DNA of 64,000 bases from Nageia nagi. Taxonomy: Eukaryota > Plantae > Pinophyta. The notes under the pieces were generated by a model. The model saw nothing but the letters and a program-made list of their open reading frames with translations, ran no database searches and had not been told where the DNA came from. Position 1 is the first letter of the stretch, and each line of letters opens with the position of its first letter. The position numbers and the translations under genes were made by a program. The stretch spans positions 26,226,001-26,290,000 of the forward strand of contig JBITNC010000002.1 of the NCBI GenBank assembly GCA_050084985.1, written 5' to 3'. Positions 1-14,800 of the stretch are shown here, in pieces.

Positions 1-439
1 CAAGCCTGTGGTCTTCAAAAGAAAACTTAAAAAAAAAAAATTTCTCTGGTCTTGTTTGCATCTCTAGATAATTCAAATGTTTCTTAAATTCTTATTTGCT
101 TATGTATCATCATTATAAAAAGTAATTCAGAGATCGAGAATGCAAAATTTAAGATCTTAGAACTGAATTGGCAGTCCAATTTATTCATTATTTCAACAAT
201 CACATAATTCACTGCTCTCTTAGGTTGCTTTTTACAACTTATGATGTTCATTCAGTGGACTAAAATCAAAGTAAGGCAATTCACGTAAAAGACACTCCCT
301 GCTAATTTGCCAACACCTAGTTACACCTGAAGAGCTCCTGGAATTTGTATTGATATATATTCTCAACTCTTTTGATATGAAGATTGATGAATCACTGAGA
401 TAGTTTTCTTGTGTGTTACAGAAAAAGGAATACTGTCTG

Positions 440-1010
440 AACTATTTTGGAGCCAAGGTCATAATCTTTGCATATCTTGAGAAATCACTATTTGTTTTAG
501 TGAATGCAAAGCAGAGTAGTTTAGTTTGTTTTATATTCAAAGGATCAAATGGCTGATATTCTCATAAAAACTGTATGGAAGGAGATGTTTGAGGAGTTCT
601 GAGTTCAGACAATTTCTTGGAGCTAGAACTCTACTAATTACATATTATTAGGGGTGTTGGAAATGGTGTCCAATTTCTATATTTTTTAATGGTATTTTTA
701 ATTACCTCGGTTAATGTTGAGTGCAATCATTTGAGTGTGAGTCAATGACTCATGAGTAAATGTAGGGTAAGATGATTTCATTTATTATTCCCTTCTTCTT
801 ATGGTTCATCTAAGACATGTGCTCTGTTTACTTGTCATATAATGTCATAAGCTTTTATGCCTTACCACGTATTCTTGTCACAGGGTGTCAAAAGAATAAT
901 CTATTTCTTAATGATTATCTTCTCACATTTGTAAACTCTACGAGTTGTGTTATTCAATACTCCTTACTCTTGTAACTTCCATGTACCATGTCCTTTATCA
1001 TGACATACAT
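440..1010 (+). mobile_element. Degraded Ty1/Copia 3' end (RNase H C-terminus, PPT, start of LTR)
   Basis: ~540-600 reads KDQMADILIKTVWKEMFEEF (Copia RNase H DQxADIxTK motif). ATTAGGGG is followed by TGTTGG at 655. Boundaries approximate. Confidence 0.4.
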
Positions 1011-1551
1011 TTCACTAAAAAATATTCCTGCATAGCAGTAGAATTTGGCGTTCCTTCTCTTCTCTATATATGAAGAGCAATTATGGATTATTATTTTAAA
1101 GGAATGTATCACATCATTTGTATGAAAGAATGTTTAGTATACAGCCAGGGAAATAGTATGTTTTTCATTATACAGTTTTTAAATAGTTCCCACCAAGCAT
1201 TTGGATCTTCAAGGCTAAGCATTGATCTGATCAATCCTTGATACACTATTGTAAACCTTGGAGTAAAATTTAATATGTTCTTTTTTAATTATCTTATTTT
1301 ATTTTACTTTTTTCCTAATTGTAATATATTGGACTTTGAATTTCGAATTTCACTTCTTTTATTATTCATTATTTCCTTCTTTTTGTTTTTTGCTGAATTT
1401 TTTTTCATGTAGATTCAATTTTTGATTGTCTCATCCTTCTAGATTTTGTTTTTAAAATATAGATTTGTTAGTTCTATCTCCTTTTTCTCTCTTTTTTTGT
1501 TCCTTGTTTCTTTCTTCTTAATTGTTTCTTTCCAGAATATGAATTTTGTTT

Positions 1552-2649
1552 TGTGATGCCCCCTTTGTATTCTGGACAACTTTAGTGGATTCTTGAGAAT
1601 CCCATTGTAATATAGGTTTACTTTGTGTTATTCTTTCATATTGTAACTCGGGATAGGAGACTATTGGGTCATTGACCCTATTTGTGAGCCCCAAGTGGGA
1701 CGTCTCCCTCTTGTGGAATAGCATAGGAGATGTATTAGTGTAGTTGGCTCATTATGGATGCGTCAGGCCAAGAGTGGCCCTACGTCTGCCCTAAGAGACC
1801 TAGCGACACCTTGAGGCCCCATGATAGCTCCCCCGTGCATGCATGGCACCCTCGAAGCATGCGCTAGCCATTTGAGCATGAGGAAGACCCACGTGGCATG
1901 TTTGGGCACTTAAACACCCACTTTGGGCATTATGGGCCCCTTAGTTGGTCAACATTGGAAATAAAGGGGAAGTTGGTAACTTTGAGGTAGGAACACAACA
2001 TGAGGTTATAAAAAGACCCTGGAGTCTCATTTGGAGGTTAGCTGATTGATTGATTTTTTTGTTATCTCTTGTTCGTGTGACTATCCGAGCTTGGCGGTGC
2101 TGAGTGAATTTCCTAGACAAAGCGTCAAGAGGGTGTTTGGGCTGAGGGATCCCGAATATCTATGGTTAGGTGGAGCATCTAACCCATCTGGTGGCATCCG
2201 AGGGTTCCATTCCTTCCATTCAGTTGGATTTCTAGTGTTCGAGGAGAGCCCCTTCGGTGGGGAGGAGTCCAGTGCTGAGGGAGTGAATCTGTCCCACTAT
2301 TCCGAGTTCTCTTGTCATTGATCTTGTATATCTGGCTGTTCTGAAGAGGCCACGTTTGCCATTGGGCTATTGTAATCTCCTCTATTGAATAAACATAACA
2401 TTGAGAGTTCTTGTCTTATTATTTGTGTTGTGAATGATTGTTGCTTGCATACGTGGATATTGAGTGAATGTGCTATTGGTATTGCTCTTGTTAACGGTGA
2501 ATTAGTGAGGAGGGCTGACATTAGCCTTAGGAGTGAAATTGTGCCCTAGAGGGCCAATGTTGAGTTGTGGATGTGTAATTGAGAGTTTTGGAAACCCTAG
2601 CCTCGGCACATTGGTTGTTTTGGCACGCATGTTCATTTGGAACATTACA
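1552..2649 (+). mobile_element. Solo LTR (1098 bp)
   Basis: Starts TGTGATGCCCC, ends GGAACATTACA; perfect 5-bp TSD TGTTT at 1547-1551 and 2650-2654; TATA-like GGTTATAAAA near 2005. Confidence 0.88.
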
Positions 2650-2914
2650 TGTTTTATCCTTTTGACACCTATTTCTTTTCTTAACTAATGAATCAATGAT
2701 TAATTAAATAAGCATATAATAGGCATCATTTATTCTCCAAGTGATCTGAAGGGGATATTTATCATCTTCATTGAACACTTATTGAGCATTGGGTGTATTT
2801 GTCATCACTTGGAATCTTGAAACTAACTACTAAGGTGTCAAAGCCTATGTTATTTATGGTCCATGGAGCCATGGGGTCTTACCTTCAGTCATCACTGAGA
2901 ATCTTAGTTGGAAC

Positions 2915-3678
2915 CATAGTAGTGAACCGATTTGCTCAATATTCATTTGGGTTCTTCATTTTCGCCTAAAAAAGGCATATTCACCTATTCTCATTATTAT
3001 TCCAGAGAGGTGTGCTCTGGAATCTTTCTCCATGCCGCATAAAAGTTTGGGTTGTGCGAAAGCGGCATCCCTGGCGGTCCACTCGCTCGCTCTTTTCGTT
3101 CTCTTCCATGTCACAACAAGGAAAATCAGCCATGTGGAGAATATTCGGTAAAGAACTTGGCAAACTAAAATTGAAAAAGTTCCAAGAAGTGAACTGGATT
3201 TGGCCAATGTCAAAGCCTATGCTATTTATGGTCCATGGAGCCATGGGGTCTTACCATCGGTCATCACTTGGAATCTTGGAACCATAGTAGTGAACTAGAT
3301 TTGGCCAATATTTGTTTGGGTTCAAACTTTTGAAATTCAGCCATACGGAGAATATGCAGTAGAGAACTTGGCAAACTAAAATTGAAAAAGTTCCAATAAG
3401 TGAACCGGATATGGCCAATATTTGTTTGGGTTCAAACTTTTGAAATTCAGCCATTTGGAGAATCGGCAAACTAAAATTGACAAAAATACTAAATTTACAT
3501 AAAATTGATTGAATGATGATTATTAGACAATTATTCAAGAATTATTAAATGATTATTCAGGAATTATTTGGTGATTATTTGGCAGAGATTACATATTTTC
3601 AAAAGATACAACGTTGCCAAATTTGAAGGTCATTATTTGTTTTCATGAAAAGAATATTTGCTGAATTTTGTAACTATG
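2915..3678. mobile_element. Non-autonomous hAT-type element with a duplicated left end and flank
   Basis: Ends CATAGT...ACTATG. 8-bp TSD-like GTTGGAAC before 2915, CTTGGAAC before the second left end at 3283, CCTGGAAC after 3678. 2836-2928 is repeated at 3208-3298. Confidence 0.55.
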
Positions 3679-5791
3679 CCTGGAACTAAGGTGTTAAATT
3701 CTAGCGAATTATTGTCCATGGACATGGACACAAGAGTGTCTACCTCCATAGTTAAAAGTGAATTTTTCCATATAAAATGATACTTGAGGGTTGTCCTTGG
3801 TTCTTTCATGATCCTCCTTTTATTTTGTTATTGTTATCATGTTGCTGCATTGACTTTATGATTATTGGGCTTGCGTTCTAGCAAATCGTATAATAGATTT
3901 GACATAAATTTTAATAAGATGGCTTATAGTTGTTGGTTTAATGCACACATTTTTTTTTTCTGGAATATTAAGCTGTTTTAGGAAGAAAAGAAAGAAATCT
4001 TAATAATGTCCAGGAATGACCAAACTGGGTCAGTGTTGTAAGGACAGAACTGCATATGTAACATTGCACAGGTCTGAAGGGGATGCCAGGAACAAATAGA
4101 ATAATGCCAAATTAATTAAGCAAGATCGAAGTTCAGTAGTGAATATGTGAAAAATATGTGGTGGTAGCTATGAATAAAGGAACATTACATGGTGTGACAT
4201 TGGTAATGCTGAATCAATGCTGATCCATAATATAGTGCTGAGTACTGGAAGAGGAATTGTCCTTAGTAACCCTTCTATTATCCAAAGCTGGTAAAGTTTG
4301 TGGAACGAGTCAGACATCTAGTGATGCATGTCTGTTTGGATTGCCTAGAAGATTTGGTGGAAATACTTTTTGTGTTCTACATATATACAAATAAGGTAAG
4401 TGGAAGTGAACTCCAGCGGTTTTGGTAAACCCTAAATTATTAACATTGCAGAAACAAAATTGGAGCACATAGTATTTATGAGGCCATTTGATTTGTGTTT
4501 GGGTGCCCAGATTGCCATTCGGGTTGTTGGTCATCAGAGTTAACCATTGGGTTCCCTCGTCGTGATCTTCCTCTATGCTGTCCCCATCACCACTGTGTTG
4601 AGGCATTACTAGCAATAAGCCTTTTGTTTATCACCAATTGTCACCAATACAATGCCTCTGCTTCCTGCCAATGCCAACTCTGTCAATTGTCATCTGTTCC
4701 TGTCAACACAATGTCTTATGATATCACAAGTCGATGCCTCTCAGCTATTTTTTCCATGTCAATTGATGCCACTTGCACAAACAGACAAAGCTTACAAGCG
4801 AACAAAGAACAATAGAGAACTCAAATGTCTGTTGTTTCAGGAAGCTCAACCATCCTCTGTAGTTACAAGATATGGTTTGTAATATAGATCTGGTGTAACA
4901 TATGTAATCTATAATCAGAACTTAAAGGTAGATGTGAATAGAGCTAGAAGATAAGTAGAATATGTCTGACCACACAACCCTTCTCATGATTAGCATCAAT
5001 GCCATCATGGAGTAGGAGTTTTTTCCTTTTGGATATAGGAATACATGGCATTACAGTTCTTCTCAGAGCTTTCATACAGCTTACCATTTGCAATTTCATT
5101 GTACACAATATTGATTGCTAATGGAATAAACTTTCTCCTAACTCTATTGTTTCTTGTGGAACACTCTGATCACTGCTCTCTGCGTTTGTTCAAGCACATA
5201 ACAAAACTGCTTGTACCAAATCTTGAGTCATCTATGCTCTTGAGAGGTCCCTTGGACCACATGGGATTCGGATCATTCTTCACTAACTTCCTTAGAGCGT
5301 TCAGTCTGAGTTAAGCTTAATGTCTGGTCATCTGTTCCATTGTTTGGAATTAACCTTCCATTGAGTGTTGAGAAAGAGGTATTTATTGTGTGTTTGTGAC
5401 CTTATTTATATAATTGTCCTTCCCATCTTTGACTGTTGATTGTGAGCAAATTATACAGCCATATGCTGATTGCTTTTTGAAAGACGTGTATATTATGATG
5501 ATCATTTGAAGAAAAATAAATCTCATGTGTTTTAGATACTCCATTATCTGGATCAAGAATTTTATTGGAACCATAGCCTGGCTTACAAATATCTTTTTGA
5601 TTGCCAGCTTATCCTTGGTTAGGGTTCTTTGTAAGATGACCCTTATTTCTCATTTCTGTTGTCGGAAGCAGTGTACAGTTGAATTTTAATTTCATAGCTC
5701 AAGATCTTAAGATATGTCAAGAATATGCTTGCTTCGAGGTTTGACAATCAATTTTAGTGCCAGAGAAACTCATCATCAAGTTTGTTGGCAG

Positions 5792-5875
5792 AACTCTGAG
5801 GCAGAGAAACAAATCAAATTCTTTCAAAGTCGAGTGGCAGCAGCGTTTTCAGATAGGGATCGTGCTTTAATGGAG
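5792..5875 (+). CDS. MEE13-like exon (NSEAEKQIKFFQSRVAAAFSDRDRALME)
   Basis: cag|AAC...GAG|gt; 84 bp, phase 0/0. Confidence 0.9.
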
Positions 5876-8800
5876 GTTACTATAAATATTCTTTTGACTT
5901 GTGTTAATACAAATGTGTTGTTTTCTTGTTTCTGGAATTTTATCTAATTGTGTCTTCTAAACAGGTTGAGAGGGCTCATCAAAAGGAAACTTCTATGTCC
6001 AATAGACTGAACGAACTTCAAAACAGGTAGTTAAAGTGTGTAGCATTCAAGATGCTATCATCATTTTTCATTTCATAGATGTATTTTAGTGAATCACTAT
6101 GCCCAACCCTACAAATTGTCATGTCCATCTTTAGAAATGGTCTCAATTCATTAGTGGTAGGCCATGAAATGATTCTTGTTTGCAAGCATTTTCAGTATTA
6201 AAAAACATGAAGAAACAATGCCATCATACAGCTGAATTGTAGCTCAAACTGATCAGGTTGTTAGTTGTATTTTTCATCCTTTTCCTCATTGTGTTAGGTA
6301 GTTCTTGATCTCTCTCTCTCTCTCTCTCTCTCTTTTATGAATTTTAAGGATAATTGGTTTTCTTGATTATTTATTTACACTAATGCATATGCTTTCACTA
6401 AAGTCACATGCTGCAGCTTAGCCATTTTAGGATTAGTATTTGAAATATATGTTAAAGACTTGAATTGATGAACTAGAGGCAAATGAAGATTATTGATGCG
6501 ACTATTTAAACTGGAAACATCAGTATGATGCACAAGTTATGCCAATTTGAATACAAAAGTAGGGAAAGCCATAGAAGCAAATCAAGCTATGATTCGCCTC
6601 AAGCATTTTGATTTAGAAATAAACATGGAGTAGTGAAATATTTAACAGAGTGAAGGATTTATTAAAGATAAGGATTCTATATGTAGACTGATAACTTGTA
6701 AGCTGTAGAGGAGCTTGCAATTTCTCTTGGTAGGCATAGATAAGTTGACCAATCATGAAGAAGATCATATTGGTAAGTTGCATCTTTTCACTTTTCAAAA
6801 ATATGATTATCACTAAGATAGAAAGAACCTTGGAAGATGCAACAACACTGAAATTAGTGACTGACAGATTACCTTTCCTTTGTCCATGTCTGTTTCATCA
6901 ATTTTTATATTTATAATTGATACTTGATTTTCCAGCAATGTAGTAAATATGATATGTAAACTATGGGGTTACATGTGAAGTCCAGCAATTCTAATTGACG
7001 TGATCTACTGGATTCTTTGCCTCTGATGTTGTCATATCGAACCTGTGTATTGGGCTTTTGACAAAGTTATTCCAATTCAAGAGCTTTTGCCAAACAACAA
7101 AAATTTTGGACAGTCGAGTCTTTAAGAAGGAATCTGCAAATTTCATGTTAACATACAAATGCAATATCAACTCTTGTTTTGGCAGGGCAAACTCTTTTCA
7201 ACTGTCTTTGTATGTGATGTCTCTTAGTTCTAGTTCATCATCTTTCCACATAGTTTCAAAAACATTCTGACTATAAAGATTTCAAATATGGATCATTTGT
7301 ATTGGATCATGATATCAATTCAAATACTACTAATATTCATGATCAGATCTTGAGCAAGTTTTTATTATGATGATGTTTAAATTGCCCATTGGAGACTCAA
7401 GGGCTACTGTCATTCTTGAAATAGTGTTTGATAGTTTGATGCACCAAAGTTTAAATTACTGTGAACAACCCACATCGAATTCTTTTTATGGCATCATTCA
7501 TAAATTATATACATAAATTTGTATGTCACATTCCAAATTTGTTTTAAAAACTGTTTTTCATTCTGAACATTGGATAACCTTTATGTTTTTTTCAAACCTA
7601 TTCAACATTTTGAACCATGTTACTGCAAAAGTGAGGATTGTGGTGCAATTTATATTCTCTTATCACATACGGCTTGTTTGTGTGGACAACTGGGGCCCTT
7701 TGTGTTTTTATCGATCTATTTATCAGTGGGGGCATGATCAGAACATATTTGAGCTGTTTCCTATATTTTGGAATGTGTAGGTATGTTTCCTATGCATTTC
7801 TACATGGCTGAAGCATAGGCAACTTGAGAAACATGGCTCACATCCCCGAGGATAGGTACACTGGTAAGAAGGAGCTTTGATCGTGAAATATATGACTGGA
7901 TGCTACATTCTACTGACAATGGTAGTTATCTTGTCATCTTTATACAAACTAGTTGCAAGCACAGATCTGGATACAAAACATTCCCACATAGTTTGTTGGT
8001 TTCATGAAGGATATATTCTTTATTAGCAGCCTAAGTAACTTGGTTCGAGTTTGACTCCAAGTAAAACAAAACCTTTTAAAATTTTTGCCAATTAAATTCA
8101 TCAAAATTATGAATTTGAGAAAAAATGTTTTGATTTGAATTGGGATTGCAACTTCCGAATTCTTTGATTATGTTCTGCTACTGAACACAGGGCCTAAGTT
8201 GAAAGATGAAAAAAGTCAAAAACTAGTGGTTTGAAGCAAACATTGAATAATTGTGAATTCTGTTGCAACTTTGAATTAACAGTTCTGATGGTTGAGCACT
8301 ACCTCTTTGCCTCATCTATCGACACACTTCAAAGAACTTAGAAGATTGGCTGAAAATCAGTCAAGTAGTGTAAATTATTACTGATACAAGTCAATGATTT
8401 GCACTTGTAATATGTCTCTGTTGCTTCTTCTAGATTGAAGTCGAAGAAAGAAACAAAGGATCCTATCAATAATTTTGTAAGATTGGACTGATAATACATT
8501 ATGCGGAGAGTTTTGTACTATTTCTAAAGAGAAAAGGACCGTTATGAAGTATATAAATGGGTGTTAAATCATTCAACTGTAAAGTGGAGCTGTAAATGGT
8601 TTCATGATATACAGCCAAAATGACTGTATGTTAGTCACTCCTGAAGTACATAAAACTCCACATCTGCTTCTGGGTAATTCCTTTCATGATGATTTTGGAT
8701 TACTTGGCTTCAGGGAAGCATTTTTTTGAGCCCTAATGCTGACTCTTTTAATTGGTGCCAGATCAGAATCATTCTTCCCACAACAGAAAATATTGTGAAA

Positions 8801-11800
8801 GTGGTGAACAAGCTTGAAATATAACTGCAAGTAGGACCAACGAGGTGCTTCCTATAGATGACAGTCCTTCAGTTATGTGTTATTTACTGATCTATTCTCA
8901 TCATGAAGGTTACAAACTTATACAATGGACTGTTAATACTGTTTGTTTGTTTTGCTGTTATTGTTCACATTTGAATTTACTCGCTTCTACATGTTAAAGC
9001 ACATCGCCAGTTTTGTTTCATGGTGATGTGAATTGTAACAATCATTTATTCTCTTCTTTTGGATTTTATGGATATTATTATATTAATAAAGTTTATAATC
9101 GCCTATTTATATTTTAAATTGTTTGATTGGATGATACCTTGAACATGTGACACAAATGGAGCATGCTGCTCCCTTGCATTTATATGGCTGTTGAACATTC
9201 GGCTTTTATTGTACATAAGATGGAAGGTTGTGTTGTAATAAAGAGTATTCATACAACTAATTACATGAATTTTGCATCAGTGCATGTTTAGAACTGGATG
9301 TTTCTGAAAGATGAGTCGTGTGTCCAAATTTTGAACTTACCATATGCTTGAATCTAAGCTTGAAATAAAGTATGAAAAGGGAACGTGAATCAGCCTTGCA
9401 TATAGTTTTACTTTTATACTTGAGATGTTTTTAATTCCCTTTTTTCGATTTTGAAATGATTTTTCATGTTTATTCATTGTATAAAATTTTCCTAAGAAGG
9501 TGACCTATCGTCTATCTTTTGATGATTTTCAGCAAAATAATGCTTGCTTATGTGTAAATGAAGAAGCTTCCTGTTGTTTATGAATATGTTCCAGGATGGA
9601 AGAGATGACAGCAGATCGCTTAGAAGAAATGAAACATTGCAGTGAATTGGAGAGTAATTTGTGTGAGTCAAAAGCAGAAATCACAAAGTTGAAACAGGTG
9701 TTTACTGCATTATTTCTGTACTTATTTTACTATATTTATTTGTGGAATGAAAATGAATAAGAGTCTTGAGAAATTGTGTTGTTATGAGTGTTTTCTACTC
9801 TAGATTGTATACCTCTATGCCATATAAAATACGTTTGGCATAAACTTGAGTTTGAGAAATCGATCCTAACTAGGTTCAAACTTGAGAAGTGATTACAGTA
9901 TATATCCTAAGGTGGAGCTGTTCTATTTGAGTGTAGCTTTGGAATTCTGATTCTTCATGTATCACGTTAGGCCTTCATAGAGACGTACTGATAATGTACT
10001 AGGTTTTACTAGTTCATATGTCTTTTTATTTGATATTCTGATAGAAATTTCTAGTTTCTTATACCTTGGTTACGACTTCCTTTATGGAAAATTTGAGTGT
10101 TGTGTCCTATTAATTGACCTTTAACTGTTATGGTTTGGATTGGACATTTTAGAGGACAAGTATGGCTCTTTCATTTCCTGCTGTTATAAGGATCTATGTG
10201 ATCATTTTATATAGAACTGCCATATTTTAGGTTGTTTGTCTGCATCCTCTACGAGTCATCTGATAATTAGAGCTGCTCCTCAAGTCTCTTAGTTTAAAAT
10301 GTTGCTACTCAATTAACCAAAAACCAAATTTACGTTCAAAGAGCTTGAGCAGGTTAAAACACCTCCAACAGATGACATACGTCAGCTTCAAGATCCAGCA
10401 TTAGACAATGTCACTAACAAGCTTACAGAAATTTTTAACACAACATAAGAATCCGAAAGATGAAAGCATTGGTTTGCAGCTGTTGATTGAAAAGCAATAG
10501 AACATGCTGAGTGTAGGTGGCCACAGGAATTTAAATGAAAGTCGATGAAAGAGCATAAAAAATAAGGAACTCGAGTTTGAGCTAGTAGCCTTCAGAAATA
10601 GGCTCAATAAATTCAGGTCAGACATGCTTTCTTACTTGAGAATTTGATCAACATCATCATCTTATTATCTTATTTTACTCCATCCAGAAAAGCAAACCCA
10701 CATTTCAATTTTAATGTATCTTTCAAACCGAGTCAAACAAATGGGTGAATGATCTTTCTTACGCTGGCTTGAGGGATTATTTAACTTCGGATGAACTTGA
10801 AGTACAATTTAATTTTGGACAAACTTTAGGGCCAATTTAATTGGGACAAGTCACTTATTTGCAACATATTGATCAAACACGAGTCCAAAAAGATGAAGAA
10901 ATTGATTGGTTTCGAAACTATCATCACTAGTTATTGGTAAAAACATAGACACCTCAAGTCAAAATGAAAATTGACAATTGTTCATAAGCAATACTTTTAC
11001 TGATTATGAGCGTCATTTTGATCAATAAGTATAAAATAAATGCCCAAGTTATGTACTTTCTCCTCCTTATTTGAGCCTCTTTAAGGGCATCAAAATTATT
11101 ACACTTGAGAGGCATGAGATGAAGGATTTTCTCATTCAATGAGAATTCTTGAAGACTGTTGAAGAAGCCAGACTTTAGAGGCACTAAGGATCTATTTGGT
11201 AGAAACAGAGCATGTTGTTCATTATTTTCTTGGCTGAGGATTCTCAAATGATGTCTAAATGATAAATATGCATAAGAAAGATGGAAACTGACAAGATTGT
11301 TGTCAGATGTCTTATAGCTCATGTCCAATTGTTTGTTGTCTCCTTGGGCCTTTGGATCATGAAGGTGGAATTTCGAGTTGTTGTGTAACAAAACAACTTA
11401 GCTCATAAAGAAATCTTTGATGGTAGTCCACACTTTGCACAAATATATCTGTAAAATATTAGCAATATACTCTGGATAGTATTAACAAACTTAAAAATGA
11501 GTAACTCACATAAGATATCAATAATGGTAGCCACTTTGAGAAGGTAGAGTCTTTAGATCTAAGTTGCAGGAAACTTGTAAAACAGTTGCGTTCTCGTTTC
11601 AGAAACTTCCAGAAATTCGGAAACTTGGACAGAACTCAGAAACTTGTAAAGCCTCATCTATAAAGGCTTAGTTTGGATTTTACATCATGTAATCATTTAT
11701 GTGAGTTAATATAGACATGGCTTTCATTCTAAAATGTTATTTATATGTATCATTCTTATTTTTTTGCCAAGTTAATGTGGTATTTAAAAAACATAGAGAT

Positions 11801-14800
11801 ATATATTTTTATTTTTTTATATAAACACGTTTCCCCAACGTACCCATTTTGGAGGGGTTGCGTTTCCAAGCATTCTTGTTTCGGAAACTTGGAAACGTTT
11901 CCATGTTTCGTGCAACTTAGCTTTAGATGCCTGACAATATAGGGTGAGTGAAGAAATATATTATTCAATGATGATCACTACATTCACAATAACACCTATT
12001 TACAAACTTATAGATTACTAACAACCTTAGTACTATCAATCCTATCCTAAGGATGCAAATCAATCAAATAAAGATAGCCAATGCCGATTTATCAGAGCTA
12101 TGTTAACCTCAAAGCTGCAAAGTTTTGGAGAATATTTTATGTTTCCAATGCAACATCTTATTTTGCTAGGTCATACCACCTGATGAGAAGCTTCTACATC
12201 TGTTGGTGCTTTAAGGTTCTTTCTCTTTTTTGCAATCCTTTTGGCTCTAGAACCACTTGACCTTCATTATTCAATCTTAGAATCATCATTTGGCATTGCA
12301 CCTTTTGTCTAAGATCCTATTTAGGATGTGAAATATGAAAATTGGATGAATTTTGGATTTGAGTGGTTATTTCAATTCTTAAGCTACTTGTCCAATCCTT
12401 TAAACCACCTTGTAGGGTCCATAGAATCCCGGGTTTGATTTCTTCTTCATTTGGGGTTTGAGTGATGCTTGTAAAGGATGTGTTATGGCTTCCACAACAC
12501 GTCCCAAATTTTTAGCAAATTTGGGGACCCATAAATTTTGGCAATAAGGAGTCACCTAGGAGGAGTGATCAAGCTGATGGTGTCTTGAGATTAGGAGGTG
12601 TTGAAGATCAGAATCAATGGAAAATGATCAAAAGTAAACTTCTGGTAGCAACAAAGCAATATTTTGGCTAAGTCCTCGAGCGCATGTCCTTAAGGAGACA
12701 ACCTCTTTGTCTCTCCCAAGACTTGCGCTAGACTTCTGAGAGCTCCAAATGATCATTTCAAGCAATCGGGGCCAAAGTTGACTAAGTTTGGAACACCTTT
12801 TGCCTTGGCGCATGCTTGGAGGGAAACAAACTCCTTGACCTCGAGGAGACTTGCGTTGCGCCTATCTCTTCCCCTTCTAGCGCAAATGCAAGATAAGACA
12901 TCCACTTTGACTCCTTCGAGACCTGCACCAGCATCCCAAAGACTCATATCAATGAAAAGGGTAAAAATTGACTAAGTCCTTGACATGCAAATTCCTCCTC
13001 TACACTAGCGTAAGTTTGACATGAGACAAGCATCTTGTCTCCTCGAGGATGTGCTTCCAAATCATGTTTACCTCCTTGGCACAAGACAACCTTCATGACT
13101 CTCCTTGGACTTGCACCAGCCTTGTAAGAGCTTCAAAGGACAATTTCAAGCAAGGACAAATTTTGGCTAAGTCCCATTCAAGAGCATCCTCTTGGGGAGA
13201 CAACATCCATGTCCCCTCCAAGATTTGTGCTAGCCTTCTAGGAACCTCAAATGACCAAAACATATGATCAAGGAAGAAAACCTGGCTAAGTACCATGCAT
13301 GGCAACATCCCATAGCCTAGTTGCAAATGTGATGGGAGACAAGGTTCTTGACTCACTTCAGATCTCCCCCAAGCTAGTTGGGCGCAAATGTGAAGGGAGA
13401 CAAGGTTCTTGACTCACTTCGGATCTCCCACAAGCCTGTTGGGCTCAAATGTGAAGGGAGACAAGGTTCTCGACTCTTCCCCAAGCTAGTTAATCACAAA
13501 TGTGAAGGGAGACAAGGTTCTTGATTCACTTCGAATCTCCCCCAAGCCAGTTGTGTGCAAATGTGAAGGGAGACAAGATTCTTGACTCACTTCGGATCTC
13601 CCCCAAGTCAGTCTCCTCTTACAGGCGCAAATCCAAACTAAAACAAGGGTGGTGACCTCCAAAAGACCTGTGCTAGCATTCCAGGCTCTCCAAAAGACAA
13701 TTTCGGGCAACAAAGGCAAATTTCGGCTAATTATAGAGCATATCTTTCCTAGGTGTGAGTTTGGGTGGAGATGAGCTTCATGACTCCCTAGAGACTTGTG
13801 CCTAGTTCAGATACACTTCTTCAAGTGTAGGTGTAAGCCAAGACACACATGATGACCCCTTCTAGACTTGCATTGGCACAAGTATAGACATAGATGCCAA
13901 TGTTGACCTCATCAAGGCTAGACTAGGTGAAACTCATCCTTCATGGGTGCAAGTCTCACACAAGACAACATCCTTGACCCCAAGGAGACTTGCGCTAGGC
14001 TTGCCTTCATCATGTTGGGCGTAAGTGGGCATCTAGACAAGCATCATGACTTCCCTCACACTTGCGCCAAGCTTTCCACCTCTTCTTGAGTGCAAGTCCT
14101 TCCGAAGACATGCTCCTCGACCTCTCCAAGACTTGCGCCAGCCTTGTATGGTCTTCCCTATTAGCATGCAGCCCCTAAAAGAGAGAAAAATCACAAGTTA
14201 GGAGCATATTCATTCCTGGCGCAAGTCCAGACCTAGACAAGAATTTTGACCTCCCAAAGATGTGTGTCAGGCCTAACTACCTCTCTTTGGCACAAGTCGA
14301 GACCAAGACAAGATTGTTGACACCCAAAAGACTTGCGCTAGGCTTGCCCTCAATCTTGTTGGTGTAAACCCATTTCGAGACAGCCATCTTGTCTTCTTGG
14401 AAACCTACGCTAGCCATGAAGTCACATCTTGATCACATGCCATGACCAAGACAAGCATTATGACCTTCTCAACAAGCAATTGGTGAAGATTTCGAATCAA
14501 GTGTTGCAGAAGAGGGAGAAGCAGATGAAACCATGGACACCAGTTGATGGAAGCCATTGCATCTTAGATGCAATATTTTTAATTTTATATTATTCATAAT
14601 TTAGTTATTTTGGACTCCAAATTTTATATATTTCTATTAAAGCCTTGTGACGGATGAGGAGTTGCTCCCACAAGTGCGGACTCAATCTTGTAGTGCCATG
14701 CGACGAGTGTTCATTGGACCGTTGTTAATTAGGGTTAATTTAGGTGAATTTTATTTGAACTTGCATTAGGGTTAGGGTTTCCTTGCAAAAACTATAAGTA

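Noticed and set aside
12165-12200. Hammerhead ribozyme core (GTC...CTGATGA)
   Set aside because: No GAAA after a stem II and no closing helices.
12678-14470. CRISPR-like repeat-spacer array
   Set aside because: The repeats are highly degenerate, spacer lengths are irregular, there are no cas genes and the context is eukaryotic TE sequence.
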